NCBI RefSeq assembly: GCF_001194135.2
Contig: NC_068985.1
Coordinates: 40,049,766-40,113,765 of the forward strand
Direction: 5' to 3'
Source: Octopus bimaculoides
Taxonomy: Eukaryota
DNA: 64,000 bases
Part shown: in pieces, positions 51,639-64,000 of the stretch
Layout: every line of letters begins with the position of its first letter
Numbering within the stretch: position 1 is the stretch's first letter
Position numbers and translations under genes: made by a program
The notes under the pieces: model-generated
Database searches by the model: none
Seen by the model: the letters and a program-made list of their open reading frames with translations, nothing else
Told to the model about the DNA's origin: nothing

Positions 51639-54600
51639 GTTTAATACAGGCACAAGACCATGAATTTGTGGTGAAAGGTGATATAAATTAAATTAACCCC
51701 TGTATTATATTGGCCCTAAGAAAATGAAAAGCAAAGTGAACTCTTGGGATATTAGAAATCAAAATTTGAACGGATATAACTCAATACTTGATTTACAGAC
51801 ATTCCAATTGAACATCAACTGTATCACTCTCACCAGTCTCAGAAGTATTTTGGTTAGTAACCTAATTAAAAATTCTAATAATAATGATGATTTCTAATAT
51901 AGGCATAAAGCTTCAAATTCTGGAGAATACAGTATTTAGTTCATCAATTCAAAGACAATGAAAAGCAGCATCAATTTTTGAAAAATGAAAAGCAAAGTTA
52001 ATGCACAGAAGAATGAAAGACAAAGTTGATCTTAGTGAGATTTGAACTCAGAATGCAAACAGATGTGACTAAGTACTATGACGTATTTTTATTTTGTGCT
52101 ATACTAATTATTCCAGTCCACTGCTCTAGACCTAAGCTAACATTCTTTAATAAATGTACTTAGCTGACACTCAAATGGTGATGGTCACTAACAGGGTGGT
52201 GATGCTATCCAAAGACGTTTATTGCGATAAATCATAAAAATACAAGAAGTATTTAGATAACAGGAATGTATGTTGGTTTTTATCCCACTCAATTCACCTG
52301 TACCAAATAATAGCTTCATTGCTTTTAGGATATTAATCATCAACACCATCATTAACATTATCATTAAGAAGGGTAATGGCCGTAAGATTAAACTGCAGGC
52401 TACTGTTCACATGACTCTAAATTTAGATCTTATTACAGTTATTGTGCTACTTTTCCTGGGTAAGAGCGTCAACATTGCTTCATTTTGGCTGACCCAGCAG
52501 CAAAAATAGGCACTACTCACTCCCTAGTTTAGGGCCCAATGGTTAGTGGTAGGATAGGTATCCAGCTGTAACAAATAAATCCTCCTACCCATGTATGGAA
52601 AAACGAATATACAAAAGTAAAATAAAATAAAAATCATTATAAATATCATTAGGAACATAGCAGAAATACTATACGAGTACCAGACAAAATGCATTGCAGT
52701 ATTCAGTTTCACTGTTTGCTGCTGTGAGTTCAAATCCTGTTGTGATTGATTTTGCCTTTCACACTTCTGTGGTGGTATGGGATAAATGGTAAAATCGTAC
52801 CTGAATCAATAAACTATATATTTATCCTACAAAAATTATCCCTGTAAAAAATGTTTGCTTTTTCTCCACATGGGATCAATAAGCATCAGTAATACACTGT
52901 GTATATACTAAACTCCTCCCCATTAAAAATCTGTGATATTATGCCTCTCTTCTATAAATCTTTATTATTATTGTCTCTATAATGCTTCTTTGATTTTTTA
53001 AAATTTAATTACATGTTCAAGTCAACATTTCCTGTTATTCTTCTTGATATCATAACACAAACATCAATCAACAAATTGAAGACAGTTCAATAGGTTATAC
53101 ATACTCTCTTGTTAAAATGTTCTTAATCTAGTCAAATGAATTTATATTGATATTTTTATTGCATTTATAAAGTGCAATGTGCATTGTGAAACAAAGCTGC
53201 CTTTCTCAAAGTTGTAAGAGAAGTAATGAAGTGATTTTAGCTGGAAGTATTAATTTTCTGGGAAATTACAGTTAAAACTAATAAATAGATAAAAATGAGA
53301 TTTGAAGCCAATTGTGTAGCTAGGACAAATAACCATTAAATGAAACCAAATATATAACCGGTATTTATTTTATTTTACTTCAGAAAGATAAAATCTCTTC
53401 TTGCTACTGTCTATGCACAGTATTACTGTAATCCTCACAATAACAATTATTATGGTGATAAAGAATAGATGGCAGGTTTGTTAGAGCACTGAGTTAAATG
53501 TCCAACATCCTGCCAAACTTACCGTCTATTCTTTATCACTACTCTCTATCAATAATAACAACTATTTTTAACACTAGCACAAGTGTTTTAGAACTGGGAC
53601 AGATGAAAGGCAAAGTCAACTTGGGAGGGTGAGCGAACTCAGAATGCAAAGGGATTGAAGCAAACACCACAAAGCATTTTGTCTGTCATTAACTAAATCT
53701 TGAGCAGTAGACTTAATCCATTGCTCAGTTTAACACCACCATCTGACCCTTTTCTGCCTTTAGTGGAATCAACTCTGTTATAAGCATTCAAATGAAGTTG
53801 TAAGTCTAAGGTTAAACCAAGAGTCAGGGTTAAAAAATAAACTTTACCTCCCATGACCTTACTGTAATATGAATAAGTCTCCTTTATTCAAGGTCATAAA
53901 TTTATAAGAAAGACATCTATTTGTATACATGACCAATACCTCATTTATCATTTTTAGAAAATGAAAAGCAAACTAATTAACTGATTTAATGTTGAAGTAA
54001 ACTATTCAAGCAGAAACTCATTTAAGTTTTCCTTCAAATCTGTATTGGTACTTTAATTGAAATATTTGAATGTTAAGAAAAATTTTATAAAATAGATTCA
54101 ATATATTTTTATAAAATTCTGGAATATTGAGTGATGTGCATGATTGTAAATGAGAGAGTAGGTTGCTATGAAAGGCCTCAGTCAATGTATGCAAGAGAAA
54201 CAATTTTCTTGTCTTGCTCATTATGCATTGTGAATAGTCTGCTGGATGCCAAATATATATAGACAACAAATTTTCCCAAAGGTAAAAGAATACCAAGAAC
54301 AATATGGAAAGAAGTGGAATGACAAGATGTTGGACATCTCACAGACGATAGAGGACTGAGGAGATGGCTGTATGCAGCACTGCCAACCCAGCCACCCAAT
54401 TCCCTCAACATGAAAAAAAAAAAAAAAAATCACCATCAACATACATTCTGCACAACTATCATCAAATAATATAACACAACCACACAACACATACACTATC
54501 CAACATTAAAACACATAACTCACACAACACAAATAAAACACTCACTACTGAAGAAACTATCAACACTCACATTATTCATATAACACACAACAACAGATGC

Positions 54601-54745
54601 AAAACACTAAAGTAACACCAAAACAACAAATAATAATAAAAAAAACAAGAAATAACAGATGTAGCACAGTTCTATATTTAAGAGATGAGGAATTATGTAC
54701 ATTATTTACATTTGATGGATATTTGTCTTCATTTTGTTTGTTGTT

Positions 54746-54793
54746 AACACCTAATGTTTCGGCTGATATACCCTCCAGCATTCATCAGGTGTC
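54746..54793 (-). ncRNA. Minimal type I hammerhead ribozyme, degenerate (inverted copy)
   Basis: Minus strand: GACAC-CTGATGA-ATGCTG gagggtatat CAGCC-GAAAC-ATT-ag-GTGTT. Confidence 0.55.
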
Positions 54794-54915
54794 TTGGGGA
54801 AATTTCGAACCTGGGTTCTCATTCCTAAGGTATTTTTCGATGTTATCATTATTATTATTCAGGTCNNNNNNNNNNCTACTAACCCCAAGATTCTGAGTTT
54901 GATTCCAGGCAGTGA

Positions 54916-54999
<84 letters not shown>

Positions 55000-55051
55000 T
55001 AACATTGAAAAATACCCAAGGAATGAGAACCCAGGTTCGAAATTTCCCCAA

Positions 55052-55097
55052 GACACCTGATGAAGGCTGGAGGGTATATCAGCTGAAACATTGTGTT
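55052..55097 (+). ncRNA. Minimal type I hammerhead ribozyme, degenerate
   Basis: GACAC-CTGATGA-A-GGCTG gagggtatat CAGCT-GAAAC-ATT-GTGTT. The core is intact. Stem III would be the palindrome AACGTT but reads AACATT here. Confidence 0.6.
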
Positions 55098-55712
55098 AAC
55101 AACAAACAAGATGAGGACAAATATTCATCAAATGTAAATAATGAACAGATGTAGCATACATCTACACCCCCAACAGACACTACTGCTCACATGTCTCTTC
55201 AGGGACATGGTGTATACCTTGTGCTATTTGTGATTAGATGATGATGATGATGATGATAGTAGTGGTGGTGATTATAATGATGATGTATTTTTCTCATGAC
55301 AATAAAAATATTGGTTTCTTTTTGATGTGGAACAAGAACCTTATATTTTAAATTAACTGTAAATATGAAGTGTAACAGTCATGCATTTCCTCAAGGCAAC
55401 TGAAGTAAATATAAGTAAAATTAAATGGCTTCAACTAAGAATAGAAAATACATTGATGTCTTAGCTTGCCAAGAGAAAGATTATCTTTTACTTCAAAGTC
55501 ACTCACCACTAAACACAGTTAAAATTCTCATAAATACCACAAAGGAATAAAAATTGCTTGTGCCATATTTCAGACAAATCCCTTTTATGGCTTCTTTTAA
55601 TTTCAGGCAAGTCCCAGAGTCAAATATTTGATTTTTACCCTTTCACTTTAGATTAAGGGGTACACAGTTTTAGTCAAATATATACAAGAATGAATCCATG
55701 AATGTGTATATA

Positions 55713-55759
<47 letters not shown>

Positions 55760-58438
55760 CTTTAATAAAAAGACCCAACAAGTAAAAACATCTACGTTGA
55801 ATGAGAAAAATAAAGCTTTTGTATTAACTATTTTAACATGTCATATTTTTTTAACCCTGATATATGTAACTCAAGCAAAATGTGTGACCTGGTCCTGTGG
55901 TCAGCACTATTTGGGTTATTTTGGTTATACATTGCACAATTTAATTGTTGCCCTTCATGTGAAAAAGAAAATCCCAAAAAACCAACTATAACAAAACAGA
56001 TAAACAAGAAATATTATAAAAACAAAACAAAACAAGTTAAAGGTGTTAATAAATGTCAAGAGATGTGTGAATAATGCATAAACATGGATATCTGAATATG
56101 ATTATATGTTGTAGAGAAACATGGATTCAAATGTTTTGAGACAAAGTTATTCTTGAAAGGAAAAAGTATTTGAATTTATGGAAGTTTCTGAACTTAATTC
56201 TGCTAATGCAGACCATAACTATTTCCCTCACACACCACTAGTTTTCTGATAACAAGACTAAAACATAACTAATCAAATAAGTTTTGACTTCTAAAGTATA
56301 ATTTGAGAGAACCCAAATATCGAGGTATAGTGTAGTACTAGTGGGAAGTTGAAGAAAAGGAAAGAAAAAATATTTCCTTTCCATACAAAAGATTTTATTT
56401 CCTATTGTATCATAAATACTTGATTTTTCTAAGAGAAATAGAGAGTGTGTGCGCACGCGCGGACACACATTCCACATTCATTCCTGAATTCTTTAGAATT
56501 TTACTTTAGAATAGGATATATATTTAATATTGATATTTTCTAGTAGCATGGGATTTATACTTTGACATTTGGCAAGACAAGATTCAATTCAAACACTGAC
56601 TAGTCAACAAACACAATATATATACACACATACACACACACACACATCAGAGCTAACCCAGAGGGGTGTGTGTGTAAAGTTACACAACACTGACAATGAA
56701 AAGAAAGGAAATGGAATATGGATTTTAAATATAATTGGTTTCACTGCTTAATCACATTATTTAAACCCAACTAAGGTCAATGAAGATAGTATGACCAGTT
56801 GTCCAACATCTCTCCTCTTCCCAGAACTACATACTTTTACAACCTCCTGCTACCCATGTTTCCCTCTCAACCTCAAATCTCCAGAAGTTCAAGCCAAACA
56901 TATTCAACACATCCAGTATCTCTGTCTCCCAGATTTAAGAAAGAACCTTAAGTATTCCCTCTCTTCAAACTTAACAGGTAAAAAAATTCAAAAAGAAAAA
57001 AGAAAGAAAAAATCTGCACCAGATAATCAACAGTCATCAAAATTTCAAAATTCAGTGTTTGACTGTTATGGGTTAAAGTACTTCAGAGACTGACCTTGCC
57101 TTTCATCATTAGAGTCAATAAAAATTATGTACCAGCAATATACTGCAACCAGCTTTTCAACAAAAGTTGACTTGGTGCATAAATGGAAGATATCTTTATC
57201 TGAACCTTGCAACTAATCTTGTATTAAAGCTTCCATATGAGGAACAGCAAGCATTAAGTACAGCAGTTGAGTAACTAATATCCTAGTCTTTGTCCAGAGT
57301 TTCAAATCTAGATACAAGCAAGACTGTCTTGCTCAGAAAGTCTAATAAAACTGAAACATCCAAAGTTGTCACCATACTTAATGGAAATTCAAGTTCACTA
57401 CTCATTATATACTCCCACTCAATTTTATATAAATTTAAATTTCAGAGTCGTTCCCCTTAACTATGACAAGAATTATCATTAATACTAATGGTTTTTCTTT
57501 CCATTAAGAACATAAACTAATTTCGCAAAAACTTTTGTCGGTAGACATGCCTCACATAACTATGTTCTTTATGCAGTAAAGATCTTAGGAAGTTTTAGCA
57601 AGTCACTAGATTTAAAGTAATTATAATATCATATCCTTACAAATAAAAGCTTATTCGATTTAAGTTTGTTCATATCATTTGAGTAGAAAACAAACATCAT
57701 TATTAACAACCAACCTTCTCATCATGATGCTTTCAGATTATGAAAATTATAGCTATGTATATAAGAGACCATCATATCATAATATAATACCTGTTCTATG
57801 AATACATGTATAATTTATGAATTTACAGACAAGTTAACATATAACATTAAGATGGACAATTTGACAAAGCAAAATTGCACCCACTGAAAACACAAACACA
57901 CACACACACACACACCAGTGTAACACATATATTATAAATACATTTGAGAGAGAGAGAGAAAGAGAAAGAAAGTTTTATGTTACACTAAATACAAGACAAG
58001 TCTTTCCTTCCTAGAATTGCAACTCTCAAAGACACCCTTCCTGTGTTTAAATTTACACCAACTAATAATGATGACCTGTAACACTTATCATAAACCAAAT
58101 TAAACTCAACCGCCCATCCACTACGCTTTAAGAAGATTATTAATATTTTCTTGCACTAAAAATTTGCAATACTTCAAGCTAATCTCTACTATCTATCCTA
58201 TCCTTCCTATCCTACAAAACATCCTCATTGGCTTTAAAGAAAGCCTTAATGGCTTTCAGCATCATTCATGTCATCAGTATCACTGTTTTAGTGCCATTTC
58301 TTTTTTCATATTAACATGCAACAGGTGGGTCTGTTGCATAGAATATCACCGATCATCTCATCTGGGAGCTAAAATGTCAAGGTTTGACTTCACCACTGCC
58401 TGATTCTTTGTTGGTTTTCCTATGAGTACTTTCAGGCA

Positions 58439-58827
58439 GTGGAGGCGCAATGGCCCAGTGGTTAGGGCAGGGGACACGCGGCCATAGGATCACGGTTTCG
58501 ATTCCCAGACCTGGCGTTGAGTGTTTATTGAGCGAAAACACCTAAAGCTCCATGAGGCTCCGGCAGGGGATGGTGGCGAACCCTGCTGTACCCTTTCACC
58601 ACAACTTTCTCTCACTCTTTCTTCCTGTTTCTGTTGTGCCTGTAATTCAAAGGGCCAGCTTTGTCACACTGTGTCACGCTGAATATCCCCGAGAACTACG
58701 TTAAGGGTACACATGTCTGTGGAGTGCTCAGCCACTTGCACGTTAATTTCACGAGCAGGCTGTTCCATTGATCGGATCAACTGGAACCCTCAACGTTGTA
58801 AGCGACGGAGTGCCAACAACAACAACA
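58439..58827 (+). mobile_element. Full-length, CpG-rich (apparently young) tRNA-derived SINE family D with (CAA)n tail
   Basis: 11-bp TSD actttcaggca (58428-58438, 58828-58838). A box tggcccagtgg, B-box-like ggtttcgattcc. Confidence 0.9.
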
Positions 58828-59624
58828 ACTTTCAGGCAATAGAACACAGTACTTTTCACTTAGCTCTCATTTCGCCCATTCACATTATGTCCATATTCAA
58901 GCAGATATCAGTCTTGCACATACCGGCTTATGTTTTTTGTTGCCCAAACTTCTATTACATTAACCAATTATTCAAATGTAATGCTAGTACAAAATGGAAT
59001 GATTTCCATTCTGTACCTGCTAGAACATAGACACTTCCTGACAGAATGTAGAGCATGAACTTAGACAAGGCATAAAATCAATATATCTCAACAAATCTAT
59101 CTCACCAGCCTGAAGGGTCTGCCAAGGTTAAAGACATTACCTTTTCCCTTTGGAGTAAAGCAAGCACACACACACACACACAAGTTCTTTGGTTTGTCCT
59201 CCAAATTACAGGCCTGTTGAAGAGAGCTGATCAGAACTATTTGACAACAATAACCCTCTACTGACTGTGATTGATAACAGATTTAAAATGCCAGAGTTTG
59301 TTGACAAAGGAAAGCGGGGTCTTTTTGTTTTTTTTCGAAATGTTACAATCCAACAACTTTCTGTAATAGCATCACTTTCAAATAAACTAGTTCGCTCTTC
59401 ATTTCCTAAGTACACATAAACTAAAAAAAAAAAAGAAAGTTAATAAAGCCACACCTAGAGATGCTCATTATATCAAACAGAATGCAAAGATTGTTAATAA
59501 CACTTCTTAATAGGTTGGAAATGGGTCAACCATGGTGTGGGGAAAAAAAAAAATGGTTTCTAATAGGTTCAAGGTTAGTAATTTTCAGGAGGAGGTTAGT
59601 TGATTACATCAAGCCCTGATCTTT

Positions 59625-60145
59625 ATTACATGGAAAAATGAGAGCATGAAAAGTAATATTCTTAAGATTATAAACCTGGAAATGTTCAGGACAAGTTATT
59701 ACACCTGTAAAAGTATAGGACAAGCTATTACTTCTAGTAAAATAAAGAATAAGAAACTTTTTACTTAAAATATTGCGGTAAAGAATGCCAGTTCTTCTAA
59801 TTTATCACTCTTTACAGTTCTCATCTTTTAAATTTATTGTACAAAACTGTTCAGCTAATTTGTAAGTTTGTCTAATGAGTCACTTTTTTCTGTATTTAAG
59901 GTAGTAAATTAGCCAAATTCTACTTAAATAAGTATAGTGTTATTTGTAAACAATAATAAAATAAGTTTTAATATTCAAATTTTAATTTTAGCTGCAATAT
60001 TTTAAGTAAAAAGTTTCTTATTCTTTACTTTACTAGAAGCAATAGCTTGTCCTATACTTTTACAGGTGTAATAACTTGCCCTGTACTTTTCCAGGTTTAT
60101 AATCTTAAGAATATGACTTCTCATGCTCACATTTTTCCATGTAAT
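59625..60145. repeat. Long inverted repeat: ~155-bp arms (59625-59778, 59991-60145) with a ~210-bp spacer
   Basis: attacatggaaaaatg...aaaatattgc pairs with gcaatatttt...catttttccatgtaat, with scattered mismatches. Confidence 0.88.
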
Positions 60146-63100
60146 CCACGATTTTTCCAGGCATTGCTGTTATAAGATAATTAATAATGTGTCAGTTAAT
60201 AATTTAAAAATACTGAAAGATAATATTTCAATTTTTCCATGTAAGTGATGATAATATTTCAATTTTTTTCATGTTTAATTTAAATATGTTGTGATTGAAT
60301 TATTTGATATTACCCATCCACACCAAACTAATGGCAGGGATTTTTACCATGTTGTTGGTTGCACCATGGCTCACCAAAAGTTACAAACAACAAGACCCCC
60401 AAAACCATCAGTTCCCAGGCTCACCTTAAATAACCTAATTTTGCAATATTAGGAGGTCACAGGAATTCATTCAACGAAAATAAAATTTCCAATGATTCTG
60501 CCATTGGGGGGCACCTCATTTTTTCCGAACCAAAATAAGGGGTTTGCAGCATGTTAGAAGGTCAGAGTACTTGATTCCACGCAAAAAATCAAATTTTTTT
60601 TTCTTAGTGAAAATTGTGCGGGTGTTAATATAGAAATTGACCATAATGTTGTTGTTATTTAGCCTCAAATAAACCCTGATACTGCAAACGTATCATCAAA
60701 GACATTCCAGCCTTCAGCAAACCATCTCATTAGGGATAATCTAGGACATTACATACAATGAGTATGTGATTTAGGTAGGGGGATACTTTGGCTGCTATTT
60801 TTAGCATGTTGAGCAACCAGGTAAAGGCTCTTTCATTGGTTCGATTGCATGATGAGATCTTTTTACACATATATGTAATATGTATATATATCATTGGCAG
60901 AAGTTAGAGAGTAAGTCAAAAGCTGAGAGTTTTGTGTATTGGCACTTATCAAACACGAATTTGTCCATTGTCACTCTGTAACTTCTGACGAAATAACTTC
61001 TAAAATATAAAATTTTGTACCGAACTTTTACAAAGAACAGTCATTTATATTTCATATTCCCAGTTTTTCATATTCCATTTTTTCCATTCTCAACACTAAA
61101 GAACAATTCGGTTTCATCTTGTACATGTAGTTACCATCTTTCCCAGAGTTGTAAACCAATTTATGTAATGACAAAAGTATGAGTTTACTTGGTGAAAATC
61201 AGTATTTTACTGGGTCAGAGTGTTGTTATTGATCCAGGATCAATGTTGGAGAAAATCAATTTCAAGGAGATTGCAGTTGAGAAAAACAGTAAGGCATGCA
61301 AGTCATCATCATCATTGTCATTATCACCATTATTGTTTCACAGGATATTCCTCTAGTGAGCTGTTAAGGGGTTGGATGGCTCACCATTTTTATGATAATA
61401 TGTGATTATATCCTGAGGCCTAACACTTTAAGTTTTGACCATCATTTCTGATGTCTCTTCTTTGTATTGGCCATCTTCTCCCCATTAGTTATTAATATTT
61501 TTTTAAGGAAGCATTTCTAAAGCTTTTATGTACCAACTACAAAACATTCCATCAGCTTACATTTCATTTTTTCATTAATAAGAACTTACTGCTTAAACAT
61601 ATTCCAGAAATAAGTTCAGTATTCTAAAAAGAATGTTACTAATATTTCACTATCCTTTTTGATTATTATATAAGCGAAAACACAACCAGTCTATTCTTGT
61701 TAGAAATATGATATAGAAATAATCACACAACTGCTATCACTACATGTAATTATAATGATCTGTGCATATGGAATACTGTTCCATAGCTTCTCACAGTCAG
61801 TGATGAGGATAAAAAAGGAAAATAGACATACAATACATATGCAGAAAGAGTTTCTCAAGTATCCTATGAAATTATTTAGACAACACACCTATAGTTAGTT
61901 TACACACTGTAAAATCAGTTTCTATTATGGTTTATATATTTTTTCTCCATGCAAATGATGAAATAAGTGAATATCCTTCCTATTAAATGTGGAAAACAAA
62001 ATTTTCATTTTGAAAAGGTTACTGTCCTAGTGCTCATGTTATAATAAAGCATCAAGTGTTGCTAGTAAGGAGGGCATTCAGTTAGCATTGTATTGCTGTC
62101 CAGCCAAGTTTAGGATGGGCTGGGAGGGGGAAATGCATGTAAAATTAATGACAAGAGAGTATTAATGATGCAAACAGCTGAAGTAAAACCACATTTTAAG
62201 AAATAAATGTATTTACTTTTCTTCAGACTTTATCTATATAATTAGTATAATCATATATATTAATTGGAAAAGCATGGAACCCTAATTCTCATCTCTCTCC
62301 CTAATTGGAGGATGATTGATACTGGACTGTATCAAAGGTTCACTTTACTAATATTTTATCAAGTCTCCCTAGTCTCCAAGTATGGTATGACAAAAAAAAA
62401 AAAAAATCAAATAAATGCACAGAAAAACAAAAACAAAAAAAAAACAAACAAAACCAGCAATGTTGTACTGTAAGGAAAGAACTAGAACCTTGAAAAGATT
62501 ATGATGGTCTCTCTGTTGGCAAAAATTTTCTAAGGGTCTACATCAAGCCTAAAATGTTGGATCTTATCTTTTATATATCTTATTTTACAAAGTTAGTAAA
62601 TTCAGTATAAAAAAAGTAATAAAATAAAAATGAGAATAAACAACAAACCAATATCAAATCAACAAACATGCCTCTCTGTGTATGCTGGCATAGTGATTCA
62701 ATCACTAATATTTGGTAAGTTACAAAGAGAATGTACCTTCACTGAAGATAACTCTTGTGTCTGGAGTTATCTTGATGAACTTGTCAGAATGAAAACAATA
62801 TAGGTCACCAAGAAATAGGTTATTTTTTTTTTTTACACTAGTTTTTTTTAAAAACTTTATATCATGATTTTGTTTAGGCTTTTGGAAGTCCTGATAATAA
62901 ATATTCTTTCACCTATGTATAATTAAGAGAAGGAGAAATCTGAAGCAGAACTGTCCCATACTCTCTAATACAGACCAGGTTAATATATATCTTCTCACAT
63001 CACAGCCAGACTTAGGCAGGCAGGGAGGGAGCAAGTCATCTCAGTTTAATGATTTATGATGCTTACTACTTCCAATGTCATGTAAAGGGGATTGTCCTTT

Positions 63101-63632
63101 TTCTTTTCTTTTCCTTTTTTTTACTAAGTACCCAAAATCTATTGTAATACCAATCTCTTTGATAAAGAGTACATTACATTCCACAGTGTGGTAATGAAGG
63201 TGCTAGTAGTGGGGTTGGTGGTATGGTTTTATTTTATTCTCCAATTCCCAAGATAAATATATGGCTTTAGCAATTGTTTGAGACTAATAATGCCTTCCCT
63301 CACTTACCATGCACCCCCCCCCCTACACAGTGGACTGACCAAGAGCTTTGATATGGTTGACACCTCTCACATCACAAATGCCAATTGTTTTTAATAATGT
63401 TAGCACTATTGTAGACAAAAGGGATCTCCTCATCTAGCTTTGTGTGCCCTATGGCAGCAGCCACAACTATAGCAGTTGCACTACCATCACCAATTCATAT
63501 TCAACTAATTCATCTTCACTACCATTATCATCTTCATTACTATAACCACCATCATCATCATTACCACCTGTTCATTAAATACAGCACTTTTGTACTCCAT
63601 CTACCATGCTAGAAGGGTTTCTCTCTCTCTCC

Positions 63633-63680
<48 letters not shown>

Positions 63681-63960
63681 TAGAGTGCCACACTAGCACA
63701 CCAGTACTACTACTACTACTATTACTACCAAAATATGTATGTGTGTACATATAAACACACACACACACAAAAGGCAAATAAAAGAACATAATTAATATAA
63801 ACATGGTTGCAAAGCATGGCTGTGCAATTGAGAATTTCACTTCTTAACCATGTTTCAGGTTCAATACCACAGCATGGCACATTGAGCAACTGCTTTTTAC
63901 TACAATGTCAGGTTAAGCAAATACTTTACAAATGTAATTTGGTACATGATGGTAACTGCT

Positions 63961-64000
<40 letters not shown>

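Larger units (their letters stand above)
54667..55143. mobile_element. Head-to-head inverted pair of a tRNA-headed, hammerhead-bearing Penelope-like non-autonomous element
   Basis: 54700-54865 is the reverse complement of ~54915-55143. A 13-bp direct repeat aacagatgtagca lies at 54654-54666 and 55144-55156. There is a 10-N gap at the centre. Confidence 0.8.

Noticed and set aside
52298-52565. Minus-strand exon ending MKLLFGT|gtgaat (phase 1)
   Set aside because: The splice signals are plausible but the peptide is low-complexity and has no recognisable similarity.
62728-62775. 10-bp hairpin aagataactc/gagttatctt and possible 43-nt exon
   Set aside because: Too short to distinguish from chance in AT-rich DNA.

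Overview
AT-rich, repeat-dense animal genomic DNA. The SINE families look like those I recognise from octopus (coleoid cephalopod) assemblies; this is recognition, not a database result. There are five N-gaps. The window is mostly intron of one minus-strand gene. Three exons are supported: a ~3.7-kb giant exon (45039-48753) and two small phase-compatible exons (25475-25575, 14961-15046). The last of these encodes EEADIEARKH, matching the EEADIAARRH motif I recall from SORBS1/CAP (sorbin and SH3) proteins. The introns hold several tRNA-derived SINE families, RTE and R4/Dong-type LINE remnants, a decayed mariner, and mariner-, piggyBac- and Merlin-type MITEs. The most unusual signals are: (1) two unrelated elements carrying type I hammerhead-ribozyme folds, one a ~345-bp partial tandem dimer (retrozyme-like) and one a tRNA-headed inverted pair flanked by a 13-bp target duplication (Penelope-like); (2) a Merlin-type MITE built around a head-to-head telomeric palindrome; (3) an NPF-repeat array in the giant exon; (4) a tRNA-like gene inside near-identical direct repeats. 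Most small ORFs in the supplied track are microsatellite or SINE noise.
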